Made by a program: the position numbers and the translations under genes. Below the pieces are notes generated by a model. The model searched no databases and was not told where the DNA came from. It was given only the letters and a program-made list of their open reading frames with translations. A stretch of DNA of 64,000 bases from Vicugna vicugna (taxonomy: Eukaryota): contig MU063499.1 of NCBI GenBank assembly GCA_013265495.1, positions 1,736,001 through 1,800,000 of the forward strand. Reading direction: 5' to 3'. Positions 50,950 through 62,850 of this stretch are shown here, in pieces (positions within the stretch are counted from its first letter, which is position 1; each line of letters begins with the position of its first letter).

Positions 50950-51060
50950 GTAGGCATTATGATTCCATTTTACAGATGGGAAACCAAGGCTCAGCATGAT
51001 GAAGTAGCTTGCCAAGTTCCATGACAGGGTTCTGACATGGCAAAGTGGCTTCAAGATTAT
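50950..51060 (-). mobile_element. MIR SINE fragment
   Basis: CCATTTTACAGATGGGAAACCAAGGCTCAG. Confidence 0.75.
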
Positions 51061-51639
51061 TCTTTCTCCCATTGCTCCTGTCCTCAGAATGTCCAGACTA
51101 CTGGGGACAGGTGGACAACAGTTGCCTATACTGTCTGCTGGGCTGCTGCGGAGTGCCAACCAGGGAGCAGGGCTGACAGGGTGAGAATGGCTCTCTTAGG
51201 CAGGGTTGCTTTCCTCTTTCTGGTGGGGAATTGAGAGAAAGTTGGGCAAAGGGGAGCCTACCTTATCCCCTAAAACCTGCCCCTGCTGCAGGGGCTGTGT
51301 GGATAAAGCAGACTATCCCCTATTCCCACCCCTAGGCTTCAGCTATGTTCACAGCAAGACAGGGAGACCAGTCAGCTGTCAGACCTGACAGCTTCTCTGT
51401 GCAGGAGCAAGGTAGGCCCTTCAGCTGCCCTCGGGAGTAGCCCCCAGTGTGGAGACCCTCCCTAGGGCAGCCTAGCTTTCAGTTGATGGGACCTCGACTC
51501 ATGGGCCATGTCTCCCCACCTGGGCGCTCAGAGCCCACCAAGGGAAGGGTGAGGGGCAGGCCTACTCAACTCTGAACCTGGTTTACCCCAGTCAATCCTT
51601 GGAGCCCATGTTTTGAGCACCCAGAGTGTGCCAAAGTGT

Positions 51640-51800
51640 CTCATACATGACCTCCTTTACATTTCTGTCCTTCCGATAGCCCTCCTAGGCAGGGTTTATG
51701 GCGATCTTGCAGATGAAGTCACTGAGGCTCGAGTGGCACTGGGATAAAGTGCCCAGGTCCCTATGTGGTGAGTGGCAGGGCCAGGGTCTGAACCCAAGAA
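51640..51800 (-). mobile_element. MIR SINE fragment
   Basis: GCAGATGAAGTCACTGAGGCTC...GTGCCCAGGTC...GTGAGTGGCAG. Confidence 0.65.
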
Positions 51801-52079
51801 CATGGGGCTCTGTGATCCCCTCCCTAACAGAAATGCTGTCCCTGCCCAAAGAGTCCCAGCCCTACCAGGTCCCTTCCCTAACCTGGCCTGGCTGGTGGTG
51901 TCACAAGCCTGCCTGTCCCTTCTCTGGATCTTCTGTGTCCTGGGCTGCTAGAGGAAGGGCCCTTTAGGGGAACCTCCCATTCTCTTTGCCCCCTGAACCT
52001 GGGCAGGGAGTGCCAGGTACCTCCCAGCAGGGTTTAAGGTCAGGACATTCCCCTGTAGATGAGATGGAAGGTGGGCTGG

Positions 52080-52260
52080 GTTGCAAAGCCTGGGACCCCA
52101 TTCCAGCTTTGATCTGTGACCTTTGACAACCCCCTTAACTTCTCTGAGCCCATCTCCTCATTAGAACACGAGGACAACGACACTTGCCGCCTGGATTATG
52201 AGACTGAAAGGTAAGGAATGATGCCCTGAAGAACTCTTGGCATATCATAGGTCCTGGAAA
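52080..52260 (+). mobile_element. MIR SINE fragment
   Basis: CTGTGACCTTTGACAAC...CTTAACTTCTCTGAGCC. Confidence 0.65.
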
Positions 52261-52719
52261 ATGTCACCTCACTCGAGAGACTGTGGGGTTAGATGGTGTA
52301 TTGGGAAATGTTGAGTTGTAGGCTAAAAGTCTTCAGAAAGGAGGCTGTCTTCCTGGGAAAAGCTGCAGTCAGAGCCCCCATTTAAGTGAGCCTGCCCACC
52401 TGCCCTGGAGACCTCTCTCTTCCTGCAGGTCCCTGTCAGTAGGCCACTGAGGGAGATAGCAAGGCAGAGGAGGCAGCCAAGGCACGTCCAGAGAACTCCT
52501 CACATGGTCATGAAGGTATCCAGGGACTGTGGGGCACAGGGCTGGTCACCACATCAGCCAGATGAGGCAATGGTCTGGCCTCAAGTACCTACTGTGAACA
52601 AGCCTCCTTGGACTATTGGCTGGGGCAACCTAAGCAGACGAAACTCCTTCTTTAATGACAGAGTCCATAACCAAAATGGGATAACCAACAGGAATATGAG
52701 GGTCAGGGAAAGTCTCTGT

Positions 52720-52930
52720 GAAGAGGAGACTCAGTTGAGGATGAATGACAAGAAGAGCAGAAGGCAGGGTATCCCAGGCAGAGAGAATAGCAAGTGCAAA
52801 GGCCCTGGGGCTGAAAAGACCTTCAAATATCTGAGGAGCAAAAATGAGTGCAGTATGCCTGGAGAGTGCTGGTCCAGCCTCCCTTGAACAGAAGGTGAGC
52901 ATGTAAACAGCCTTATGGGGCCCCAGGAAA
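52720..52930 (-). mobile_element. L2 LINE relic
   Basis: CCAGGCAGAGAGAATAGCAAGTGCAAAGGCCCTGGGGC is a classic antisense L2 segment. Confidence 0.65.
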
Positions 52931-54099
52931 TTGGGCTTTTTGGAGCCTTTCTATAGGCTCTGCTACCGACTGCCTAGGGTCTTGCCCAGGGCTCAGGGTA
53001 GCTTGGCTAGATGTGAATCAACTACCCTCACCTGGCCCTCAAATCTACAAATGCACCATCTGCCCCTGAGATGGCTTTAATACCTTATTGTTAGCAATAA
53101 ATTGAACTCACTAAACTGTGGATGCAAAGCTTGCTGGGGCTGTTAACATCAGGAAAACCAGTAGCTGTGTTTATTTCCACTTGGAGAAATTGCAATAAGA
53201 TATAACTCACCTCTGGAGATAGATTCTATAAAGATAGGGCCTGTCTTCTGGGTCCCAGGAGAGAGAGGATCAATTCCTCCTAGTGAGCTCCCGTAAATGG
53301 GGTTCAGTCTTGTTGGAATTATGGAAATTCTCTGGTGGGAAATCCTAGAGGGTGGGCTGTACAGAGATTCTCAGCAGTAACCATGCACCATAATCTCAGC
53401 CAGCAGGAGACAAGGCCCTACTCTCTCTAGCCCATGAGTCAATGCAGGCCAGGGACCTGGGCTGGGAGCACTGCCAAGGGGTGAGTTGTCCCCAAGGTAT
53501 TCTCCCCAGGATAGGCACCCCACTTCTCATACCTGCCCTTCAGGTCCTAACCCTGGTAAATTTTCTTCCTTTTGTTATTATGGTGGTCTAGTGGGTTTTC
53601 TCATAGAGCTAATTAGGTGGAATAAATCCTGCCCACTTGAAGATAGGAGGGCTGCCTGGAGGAGACAGAGATGCAGTGGATATGAAGAAATTTAGGAAAA
53701 GAGCAGGCAACCAGGTGCTGCCTTCTATGATGAAGGTAATCAGAGGTCAGTTGACTCATCCAAGGTCATTCAAGGTTATTAGTGGGAGCTGTGAACAAAA
53801 GAAGGCTCCCTGGATATGGTCCTAAATTTGAGGGTAAGGGAGGAGGGCATTGGGACTAGAGAGGCCTAGAGGAGCTTGTGGATTTCAGCTTCAGGGCTTC
53901 TGATGTTTCATTCTCAGAGTCCAGTTACCTGGATGTCATGGTCCTAGGTCTGGCACTGCCGATTCTAGGCTCTGCAGAAGGTTAAAGGTCAGCCCTTTTC
54001 CTCAAGGATTATAATCCTTCCTCAGCCTTATAATCCTCAAGGATTATAGCCACTGATCTCTCCTGGTATAGAGAAGGGGGGTTGGCGTCAGGAAACACC

Positions 54100-54230
54100 T
54101 GGAGCTCTGGGGCTGGCTGCTCTGCACCATCCTGGACAAGTTTCTTCCTCTCTTTGGAATCTCAGTTTCCTCACTGTAAAATGGCCACAATGATACTCAT
54201 ATGGTTCTCAGGAGGATTCAGTGTGAGAAC
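54100..54230 (+). mobile_element. MIR SINE fragment
   Basis: CTCAGTTTCCTCACTGTAAAATGG core. Confidence 0.75.
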
Positions 54231-55049
54231 ATCATAACCACAGAACCTGCTGCTTCAAGAATTGAGATACTCCAACTCAGCTGGAGGGAGTGGTGGGCCC
54301 TGGACCATTTATACTGTGAGGAGGGGAGGGGAAGTGGTATCTGATTGACAGAGAGGGTTGGGGCAGCCAGGAGGCCAGATGCTCCTATGCTCTGCCAAGG
54401 CCTCTGCAGTGCATTGAGGGTTGTCCGCCACTTACTCAGCAGCGTTTCTAACAATCAAAAGTTTAAGGTCCAGGGAGCCAGAAGAAAACAGTCTTGAGAG
54501 GCCAGCAGCCAGCCTGGAGGAAAGAGAGAATAGGTGGAGGCAGGAGATGGATTCCTTTTCTCTGAAGGCTACACACATACCCCTAAACTTGAATCACCCC
54601 CTGACTCCAGGACCAGTTGACAGGGCTGAGAAATCTTCAGATTGGGTAAGGGCCAAGGGCTACCTCCCAAGCACAAAACCAACCCTGAGGGTACTTCTGG
54701 TCCTGGTCCAAAGAGGGAAAGCCTTTAGCCCCCTGTTAGAGCCTCATCCCCTGGCAGTCCTTGTTCACCTGCCCCAGCACATATCTACAGCAACTCCTGC
54801 TTTCCAGGACTGAGATTCTGAGTCCAGTAGTCAAGGCCTGGCTTGGACCTGATGAATAATCAGATCGAAAACATGCAGTATGCTCCCAGGCCTGATTTAC
54901 CCAACACCTCCAGACCACATCCACATTTCATCTGAGTCCACACCTTGGTTTCCACAAGAAGTAGCACTGGGTTTGTGGTGGGCTTTAAAAACAGTCCATA
55001 GGTTTGTCAGTTGGTCACTTATGGTCAAACAAGTAACTTCCAAAGTTTG

Positions 55050-56890
55050 ATTCTTTGGTATAATTGATATAAAGTGAAATCTTAAATGTAAAGTTAAATC
55101 ATTTTAAATGAATGCATATACCGATGTAACCAGGGTCCCAGTCAGGGCATAGAACAACCCCATCATCTTAGAAACTCCCCAATAACCCCTCATCACAGAA
55201 TGCTGATCTGATTTCTATCATCATAGATGATATGATAACTTCTATTCTAGAAGTTCATATAAATGAAATTATATGGAATTTCAGCATGGAAGTAAATAGC
55301 TTTTTTGTGTCTGGTTTCTTTTGCTTCCTTGAGATTTATCCATGTTTTTGCAGTAGTAGTTCTTTCCTTTTTTATTGCTGAAGAGTATTCCATTTTATGA
55401 ATATTCATAATTTGGTGGTTATTTGACTCCAGTTTTTGACTATTATGAAAAAAGCTGCTATGAACATTCATGTATAAGTCTTTGTGTGAACATATGCTTT
55501 CATTTCTTTTGGGTAAATACTTAGGACTGAAATGGCTAGTAAATACCTAGTAAAATTTCTGGAAATAACATTAAGTGTATGTTTAACTGTCTGAGAAACT
55601 GCTAGATTTCAAAAGTGGTTGTATCATTTTGCATTCCCATCAGCAACTGATTGATTGACTGATTGATTGACTGAGGGGAGTAACTAAGTTTACTTATTTA
55701 TTATTTTCTTTTTATTTAACAGAGGTACTGGGGATCAAACCCATGACCTCATGCACACTAAGCATGCGCTCTACCACTGAGCTATATCCTTCCCCCACCA
55801 TCAGCAATTTATGAGACTTCCAGTTACTCCACATCCTCATCATTTGGTGTTATTTGCCTTTTTTATCTTAGCCATTCTGATGGATATGTGCTAGTATTTC
55901 ATTATAGTTTTAGTTTGCATTTTCCTGGTGATTAACGATGTTGGGAGCTTTTTCATGTGATTATTGGCCATTGACATACCTGTTCAAGTCTTAAGCCTAT
56001 TTTCAAACATTGGGTTGCTTGCCTTTTTTATTATTGAGTTGTGGAAGATTTTGATGTACTCTGGATACACAGCCATTGTCATAGGGTATGAGTTGGGAAT
56101 GTTTTCTCCTGCACTATGGCTTACCTGCTCATTTTCATAATGGTGCTTTTGATGAGCAGTTTTTCATTTTTTTGAAATTCAATTTATCATTAGTTACTTT
56201 TATGATTAGTGTTTCCTATGTTTTCTCTAAGAAATTTTTACTTATCCCAAAGACACAAACATATTCTTCATTTTTTCCCCTTTCCTAGAATCTGTATAAT
56301 TTTAAATGCTTTTACATTTGGGGCCATGAGCCATCTATAATTGATTTTTTAGTAAGGTGAGAGCTCAGGATTGAGATTTATATTTTCATATGGATATCTA
56401 GATAGCTGCATTCTTCAAGAAAAATAAACATTTCTTTCCCTGCAGAATTGCTGGGGCACTCTTATCAAAAATCACTGGATTCTATTCTCTTCCATTGATT
56501 GTCTATATAATTGCCAACACCATACTGTCTTGATTACGTTCGGTCCATCATCATGGCATATCTTTCTATTTATTTAGGTCTTAATTTTTCTTAGCAATAT
56601 TTTATAGTCTAGAACATCTAGCATTACATTAAATCCCACCTAGTCTTTTTAGTTTTGGGGTTCTATTGAGAGTAGAATTTAAACAATTTTAATTTCCCTA
56701 TAGTTGATTACTATTTTATGACTAGTTTTTGAAACTACAATCGATTTTTATATATTAATCTGTATTCTGTGACATTGCTAAATTTTCTCATCAGCTCTGG
56801 TAGTTTTCTACATTCAGAATAACATTATCTGTGAATAAAGAGAGCTTTACTTCTTTATTTCCAATCTTTATGCCTCTATTTTTCCTGCAG
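55050..56890 (-). mobile_element. Old L1 (L1M) ORF2/3'UTR fragment, interrupted by a SINE
   Basis: AT-rich block with hallmark antisense L1 text (TTTTTATTGCTGAAGAGTATTCCATT...GCTGCTATGAACATTCATGTATAAGTC...TTGCATTCCCATCAGCAA...CATTTTCCTGGTGATT); no intact ORF. Confidence 0.85.
55647..55797 (-). mobile_element. tRNA-derived SINE, Vic-1-like, with 10-bp TSD and (TCAA/TCAG)n tail
   Basis: Minus strand: GGGGGAAGGATATAGCTCAGTGGTAGAGCGCATGCTTAGTGTGCATGAGGTCATGGGTTTGATCCCCAGTACCTC. Perfect TSD CCATCAGCAA at 55637-55646 and 55798-55807. Confidence 0.85.
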
Positions 56891-56939
56891 AGTAAGACAG
56901 AGTAAGTAACTGAAGCTTTGTTTCTTGGGAGGCCATTCT

Positions 56940-58530
56940 ATTGACTGCAAGGATGCCATGCTGTGATTTACACTTAAAAAACAATTCCTCTGGCTGCCTG
57001 GGAAGAATTGTAAGGGCAAAAGGGGAGGCAGGGAGACTGACAAGGAGGCTGCAGAATTCCAAGTGAGACAGGGTGGTTTAGCTTGGGAGGATGGGAGATC
57101 TGGAGTGTATTTGGCCTTGGAGTCACAGAATTCACTGTGGAATGGATATGGGGGAAGGAGAAGGGAACCAAAGGTGATGCTAGACTGTTGCCTTGAGCTG
57201 CTAGGCAGGTGGAGATGCTGCCTTTTGAGATGAGGACATTGGGGGTGAGGGTGAAGCTTTGGCCACTTTCATTTCAAGATGCTTTTAGACTTTCAGGGTG
57301 TCAGGAAGGCAGCTGGAGTGATGGAGCTTGAGGCACAGCGTTTTGGAAACATCATGATTTAGATGGACTCCAAAGCCACACAGCCAGACAAGACAGAAGA
57401 AAATGTGGAGAAGGATGAAAAGCAGACTTAATCCTGGGATAGAGGTTGGGAAGACATGAAGGAGTCAGGAAAGTAGACTGAGGAGGAACAGTGAGGTAGG
57501 AGGAAAACTAAAAGAGTATAGTCTTTTTGAAGTCTTTGAAGTAAGTGTTCCAAGAAAGAGATGGTCACCGTGTTGGATGCTGCCAGACAGGAAAAATGGA
57601 ACAATAACAGAGAAACCTTGATGACCGTGTCGACTGAAATAAATGCACAGCCTAAAAGTTGAGAGTTATGTTTCATTTGGCAGGAGGACTCGAGCTGGGA
57701 TGACAGCCCATCAGATGGCTCTGAGGAACTGCTCCGAAGAGCTAGGGGAGGAGCTAGGATATACAGGAGCTTTACAACAAAGACCAGGTAGTTGGAACAA
57801 TAAAAGATTGCTTGTTATCTAAAGAAAACTAGGTATCTCAAGTTAAAGAATTTAGTGCTTTTCCATGTATGGGAAGAAGCAAACATTTGGGCTCATTGGA
57901 TTCATTCCTTTGACAAACATCTAGCTATCTAGGGCCAGTATCCTGTCCTTTCTTATTCTGAGTCCCCTCAGAGGGCACCATTGTGAGTGGCTGTAGAGGC
58001 TGGGCTGCAGGCCTGTCCTCACTAGGGGGTGGCAGCAGCCGCATATGACTTGGTTTCAGCATTCTTTGTTTACCGATATGGTTGCAGTATTTTCGTTCAC
58101 AACATCAACACAGGCATTTCAGTGGAGAAATAGGGCTCAAAGCCCAACTGGAGAGATGGGAGCTGTAGATGCAGAGGTGGAGGCAGTGACCGCAGAGAAG
58201 AGGAGTGGCAGCCTTTCTCTGAGCATCCAGTGAGGAGCCTTGAGGGGCTCTAGGCATTTGCTGAGAGAACAAAGCCCTCACTGGCCATGGAGAAAGAGAA
58301 AAGTGGGCCCTGTGCTCTGGAAGTTAGGGCCTGGGCCAGCCAGGGTGGATGAGTTGATGAGACAGGCTGGGGCAAGAGTGGTGGATAAAGCTGGCACAGG
58401 AATCCATTGCCCTGTGCTGTCCCCTGCTCTCTGCCATGAGTCCAGCTTCAAGAACTCCTCCATGCTCATCACCAGGAGGGATGAGCTCCAAGGAGGGTGG
58501 GAGGGTAGACTACAGAGTGCAGTGCTGCCC
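56940..58530 (-). mobile_element. L2 LINE relic split by an LTR
   Basis: Antisense-L2-like text on both sides of the LTR; GATGACC ... CATTTCAGTGGAG rejoins as an L2 motif. Confidence 0.6.
57628..58104 (-). mobile_element. Solo ERV LTR (ERV1-like), about 477 bp
   Basis: Minus strand begins TGTTGTGAACG and ends TTTATTTCAGTCGACA. TATA-like TGTATATC at 57765-57758 and variant polyA AATGAA at 57677-57672. No clean TSD seen. Confidence 0.7.
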
Positions 58531-58599
58531 AGCTCCACGTCCTGACAATGTGTGTTATTTTCCCCAGAAAGCTGCACTGCTATGCAGGTAAATTTGTCA

Positions 58600-59200
58600 T
58601 AAAAGCACCATATATTCATTGGGAAATTGCAGAAAAGAGAGAAAGGTTCACTTCTTGGTACATTTTACTCTGGTTTGTTTCTACATGCAAGTGTTCTTGA
58701 GTAATTATAACCATGCTGTGAGTAGTTCAGGGCCTGATTATTTTTCATTGAATGTTATATAATAGACACTCTCCATGTTGATACATAACTTTCGTTGTTG
58801 CTATTGGTTGCATAAAATTGCATGTGATAACGCCCTGTGTTCAATTAATTCGTCTCCTAATGGTGGCCATTTGGGTTACTTCCAATATTTATAGACAGGT
58901 TTGCATTGGATGTCCATATGTGGTGCTGTCCCTTGAACCATGTTCACAGAACTGACATTTTAGGGGTTTGTGATTCCCACTTACTATGTTGCTGGTTGGG
59001 GGGGGGGGTCAGCTAGACACACACCACTGAGAAACACTACATGAGGCAGGCTACTCTCATATTCGTAATTGTCTCCACACTGTCATTTAAAACTTTTCTT
59101 TTTCATTGATGGGCCAAAGAAGGGGTCTCACTGTAGCTCCAATTGGTCTTTCTTTGATGGTGAGAAAAGATGCTCATTTTCTCACAGGTTCACTTACAGG
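58600..59200 (-). mobile_element. Old L1 fragment
   Basis: AATGGTGGCCATTTGGGTTACTTCCAATATTT...CATTTAAAACTTTTC...TTGGTCTTTC...GATGCTCATTTTCTCA resembles antisense L1ME. Confidence 0.5.
58998..59008 (+). repeat. G11 homopolymer
   Basis: Read directly. Confidence 0.95.
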
Positions 59201-60499
59201 TCTTACTTCCCCTCATGGGAGGGAGCAGATCCTATCAAGTGATTCACATTTTTACTTTCCAAATGGGCTCTCTGAATGGCTCTCCAGGCCCTGCCAGGGC
59301 CGTCCTTAACCACTGCAGCGATCTAAGGTCAAAACTTTGTGTCTTCCTGAACAGTCCCCACCCTGTACTCCAGCCAGTTTTCACAGTCACAGCAGTCCCT
59401 GCTGCCCGGTTTTCAGTGCCACTTCCCCAGGCCAGACCCACGCCCCAACATCAGGGAACAGTCACAGCAGCTTTTTGGCCTGCCCTGTAGATTCTCCGTA
59501 AGCCATCACTGTCATTCACTCAGGAGGGAAACAGGCTCTCTTCTGAGAGCAGGCTGCAACTGAGGGGCAGGATGTGGGGGCACAATTACTCTTGATGTCT
59601 TAGCACTAGGAATGAGGGAAGAGCCAAACCAGCAATTGGAATGATACAGATATGTTTGCTTAACTTACAGTTGTGCTAAGAGCATCTTTTGGGCCTTTAC
59701 TGGACTGATTGATGAATCATCCAGAGCCTGGGGGATTAATTATTTTCGGCCAGGCAGGGGATTTCATGGACAGAGTCAGGTTACAAACTCCACTGCTCCT
59801 CTGGCTACTGCTGTCTAGAGGAATCAGAGCCCTCACACAATTTGGAGCCCACCTGGTAATGCTTGGATTCCAGAGCTGTGGGTGCACACACATTATTGCA
59901 CCATGTAGAGTTAGAAAAAGATTTCTCTAAAAATAACCACCGAGGAATATTTAATTTGATAGCAAGACTGTGACTAATGCATGAAACAGAGAGAGTCTGT
60001 GCGACAAGACACAGTACAATAATGGGGAGAAATTCATGTTTGACCTTTAAACCAGTGCAGAATGAAACAGATCTTAGCCTCGGCAGCTGAGGACCCTGTG
60101 GCTCTAGGGAAACTGGCTATGAGCAGGAGATATGATGGTCATGGAGGGGAACCAATGGGCTATGTGGTTCTCAAGGGTGTTACATCATGGAAATAGCTCG
60201 GGGAAATCAATACCTTTCGGTGTTAAATAGAGAGAAGGGGCTAGTGCTGAGCTAAGTGCTGCCTGGTAAGAGGCGGTTGCGGGAGGCCAGCCCAGCTGGA
60301 TGGGGGTGACCGAATCAGCTCTTACAGGCTTGCCTGGAGTAGAAGCAGGTTCCCCAAAGCAAAAAGACCCAGCATTTCTGGAAAGCAATCCCAGCTGGTG
60401 GGGTGGGAGCAAAGTTCCAATGTTGAGTGAACAATTACCTTCTGCTAGGTTCTGTACTGAGAGTTTCCCAGGCATTTTCCTCATATGCATCCCTCATGT

Positions 60500-60620
60500 A
60501 GAAGCCATTATTATTCCCACTTGACAGAGGAGGAAACTGGGGTCAGAGAGGTTAAGCTACTTGCTTGGAGTCCAGCTGCAAAGTGTCTGGAGCTGAATGT
60601 GAACCCAGAGCCTTCGAACT
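60500..60620 (-). mobile_element. MIR SINE fragment
   Basis: CCCACTTGACAGAGGAGGAAACTGGGGTCAGAGAGGTTAAG. Confidence 0.75.
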
Positions 60621-61499
60621 CTCTTTGCTCTTGCTAGGTCACTTATAACTTAAAAAAGCCCAAGAGCTGGCCGTAGCCTCTAGTGACAGGTTGGGGTCGG
60701 GGTTGGGACAGGCTGAGTGTGGGTTGTGGTTTCGGCAGAGATCACCTGGTAATGAGTTCTCATGAAAAATTACCATGGCTCTTGGCATGGCATTTTTCTG
60801 GGTCAGAGTCGCTTCCACGATTGTTCCATAATTCATGATTACATATTTTAAATTCTGATCTATTGCCTTCGTGCTAATTGGAGAACAAAATAGGCTCCAT
60901 TTTTTAGAGTTGTTTCTCAGTGGCAACAAGGTGGGCATTGGTGCTGCTGCTTTCTGGGCCAGGGTTCCTGGGGCACATTCCAAGTATACATCTAAGGTGT
61001 GCTCTCAGGGGCGAGTTCTTTAAATTATTTTTTTAAACTTTTATCCTCTACTAAATGTTCCTCGAGAAAGAGATTAGCAGTAGTTCCTGATCAGACTCAG
61101 GGCCAGTTGTTTCTTGGCATGCTTGGTGACATTCTTTCCTAGACCCTCAGCACGGGCAGGGCTGTAGGGGACAGGCAGACTGTTAAGGTCACAATTGAAG
61201 CAGGGGGCCCCAGGACCACTCCTAGACTCTGGAGAGTTGGCCCTGCAGGAGGTAAGTTGCTCTTCTCTCTGAGCCTGGGAGAGAAGGGCTGAGTCTACAC
61301 TCAGGTGTGCTGCCTTGAGAATCAAGGAAGGATTGGCTTAAAGAGGAGAGGGAAGCCTGGAGCAGTCTCGGGTGAGGAGTGGTTCTGCACAGCCTTTGTT
61401 GGGTATGCAGAGGATTAGGGAATGTATAGTGGTGTTTCTGAGCCCAGCACTCAAGTGGGTGGGTATTTGCCTAGGTTTCCCCCCAACATCCAAAGATCT

Positions 61500-62092
61500 C
61501 CTTGAGAGGTCTGGTTCTAGGGCCTGATCATACTCATGTCTTTCATCTCTGCTTCTGACCCAAGGCCCAGCACTGGTTGGTGCCCCCATGTCATGGGACC
61601 CGGTAAGGTCCCAAGACCTGGCCCTGCCTCCCACTCTAGCCACATGTCTCCCCACTCTCCTCGTATTTGCTTGCTCACTTATCACATCCTGGTCGCACTG
61701 GCCTTCCTGTTCTTCAGAGACATTGAGCTCCTTCCTCACCAGACCTACCTCCCCTAAATGCTGCTCTCTCTGCTTAGAGCACTTTCTCTCCTACTTTACC
61801 TGGCTGATTCATCTGCATTGTCAGGTTCCAGTTTAAACATTATTTCCTCCAGGAAGTCTTCTCTGATTTATCAAACCAGGTCAGGCCCCCTGGTGGATGC
61901 TCCCTTTGTGCACTGTGCTCCTCTGTCCTAGTACTTATGTCCCTAAATCAGAGATCTGCTTGTGTGATAATTGGTTCAGTGTCTCTGCCCCCGCACCCAG
62001 ATGGTAAACTCTGTGACGGGAAAGACTGAACATCTTCTGCTTTGGACCTGGTCCGTAACAGGTACTCAATCAATATTTGGTGGATGAATGAT
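61500..62092 (+). mobile_element. L2 LINE 3' end
   Basis: Ends AGGTACTCAATCAATATTTGGTGGATGAATGA, the canonical L2 terminus. Confidence 0.75.
61883..61896 (-). promoter_or_regulatory. CTCF core motif candidate CCACCAGGGGGC
   Basis: 12/12 match to the core; lies inside the L2 relic; binding untested. Confidence 0.45.
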
Positions 62093-62719
62093 TAAAATTT
62101 CCCATATGCTGAGGTGAAAATTATGAGGAGCTGGTGGGAGCAAAGTCTGAGTTCTCTTTCTAGCCCCAGCCCCACAGCAATTCAGAGATGGGGTAGGTGG
62201 TGCTACACCAAACAAACATGCTATGTTTTGCACTTAATTCAAGTGAATTGGTGAAGGCATTGCAATTGGTTGCTTTTTATGTGTCGAGAAATTATCTCTG
62301 TCCTGATTTGCAATATCAGTGCTATTTTGGGCTGTTTTTCTCTTTTGGGTCTATTTGTATTGGAGCAATAATTTCACCCCTTGGCTACACAGAGGCCCAA
62401 TTAATATTACAAATATGATCCCATAAAATTCACTTCTTGACATTAGAACGTTTTGTTGCTAATTACTCTCTAAGGTTTTTAATTTCAATTCCTCCTTGGT
62501 GACTTAGTGCAGAAATTCAAGGGCACAGTTATTTCCCCCAAAAGGAAAGGTGATCTAAGTGATGCCAAGTTTCTATCATTTTGCCCCTCCTTCCAGGGGG
62601 TATCTTGCTTTTTATTCTATCTCCTTTCATTTTCTTGGGCAGAAATAAACAATAAACAAACAGAAACCATATTGGAACAAAGATAAATTTCTGGGAAAAA
62701 AGCAAATACATATTTGCTA

Positions 62720-62850
62720 ATGCATTCATTCAAGCTATATTTACTGAGTACCTACTATGTCTATGATCCTGCATGCTAGGCACTGAGAAAGCAACCCCGC
62801 CCCCAAACCAAAAAAACCAGCATGATACTGTCTCTAGGTAGCTCACAGTC
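62720..62850 (-). mobile_element. L2 3'-terminal fragment
   Basis: CATTCATTCAAGCTATATTTACTGAGTACCTACTATGT is the antisense L2 terminus. Confidence 0.7.
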
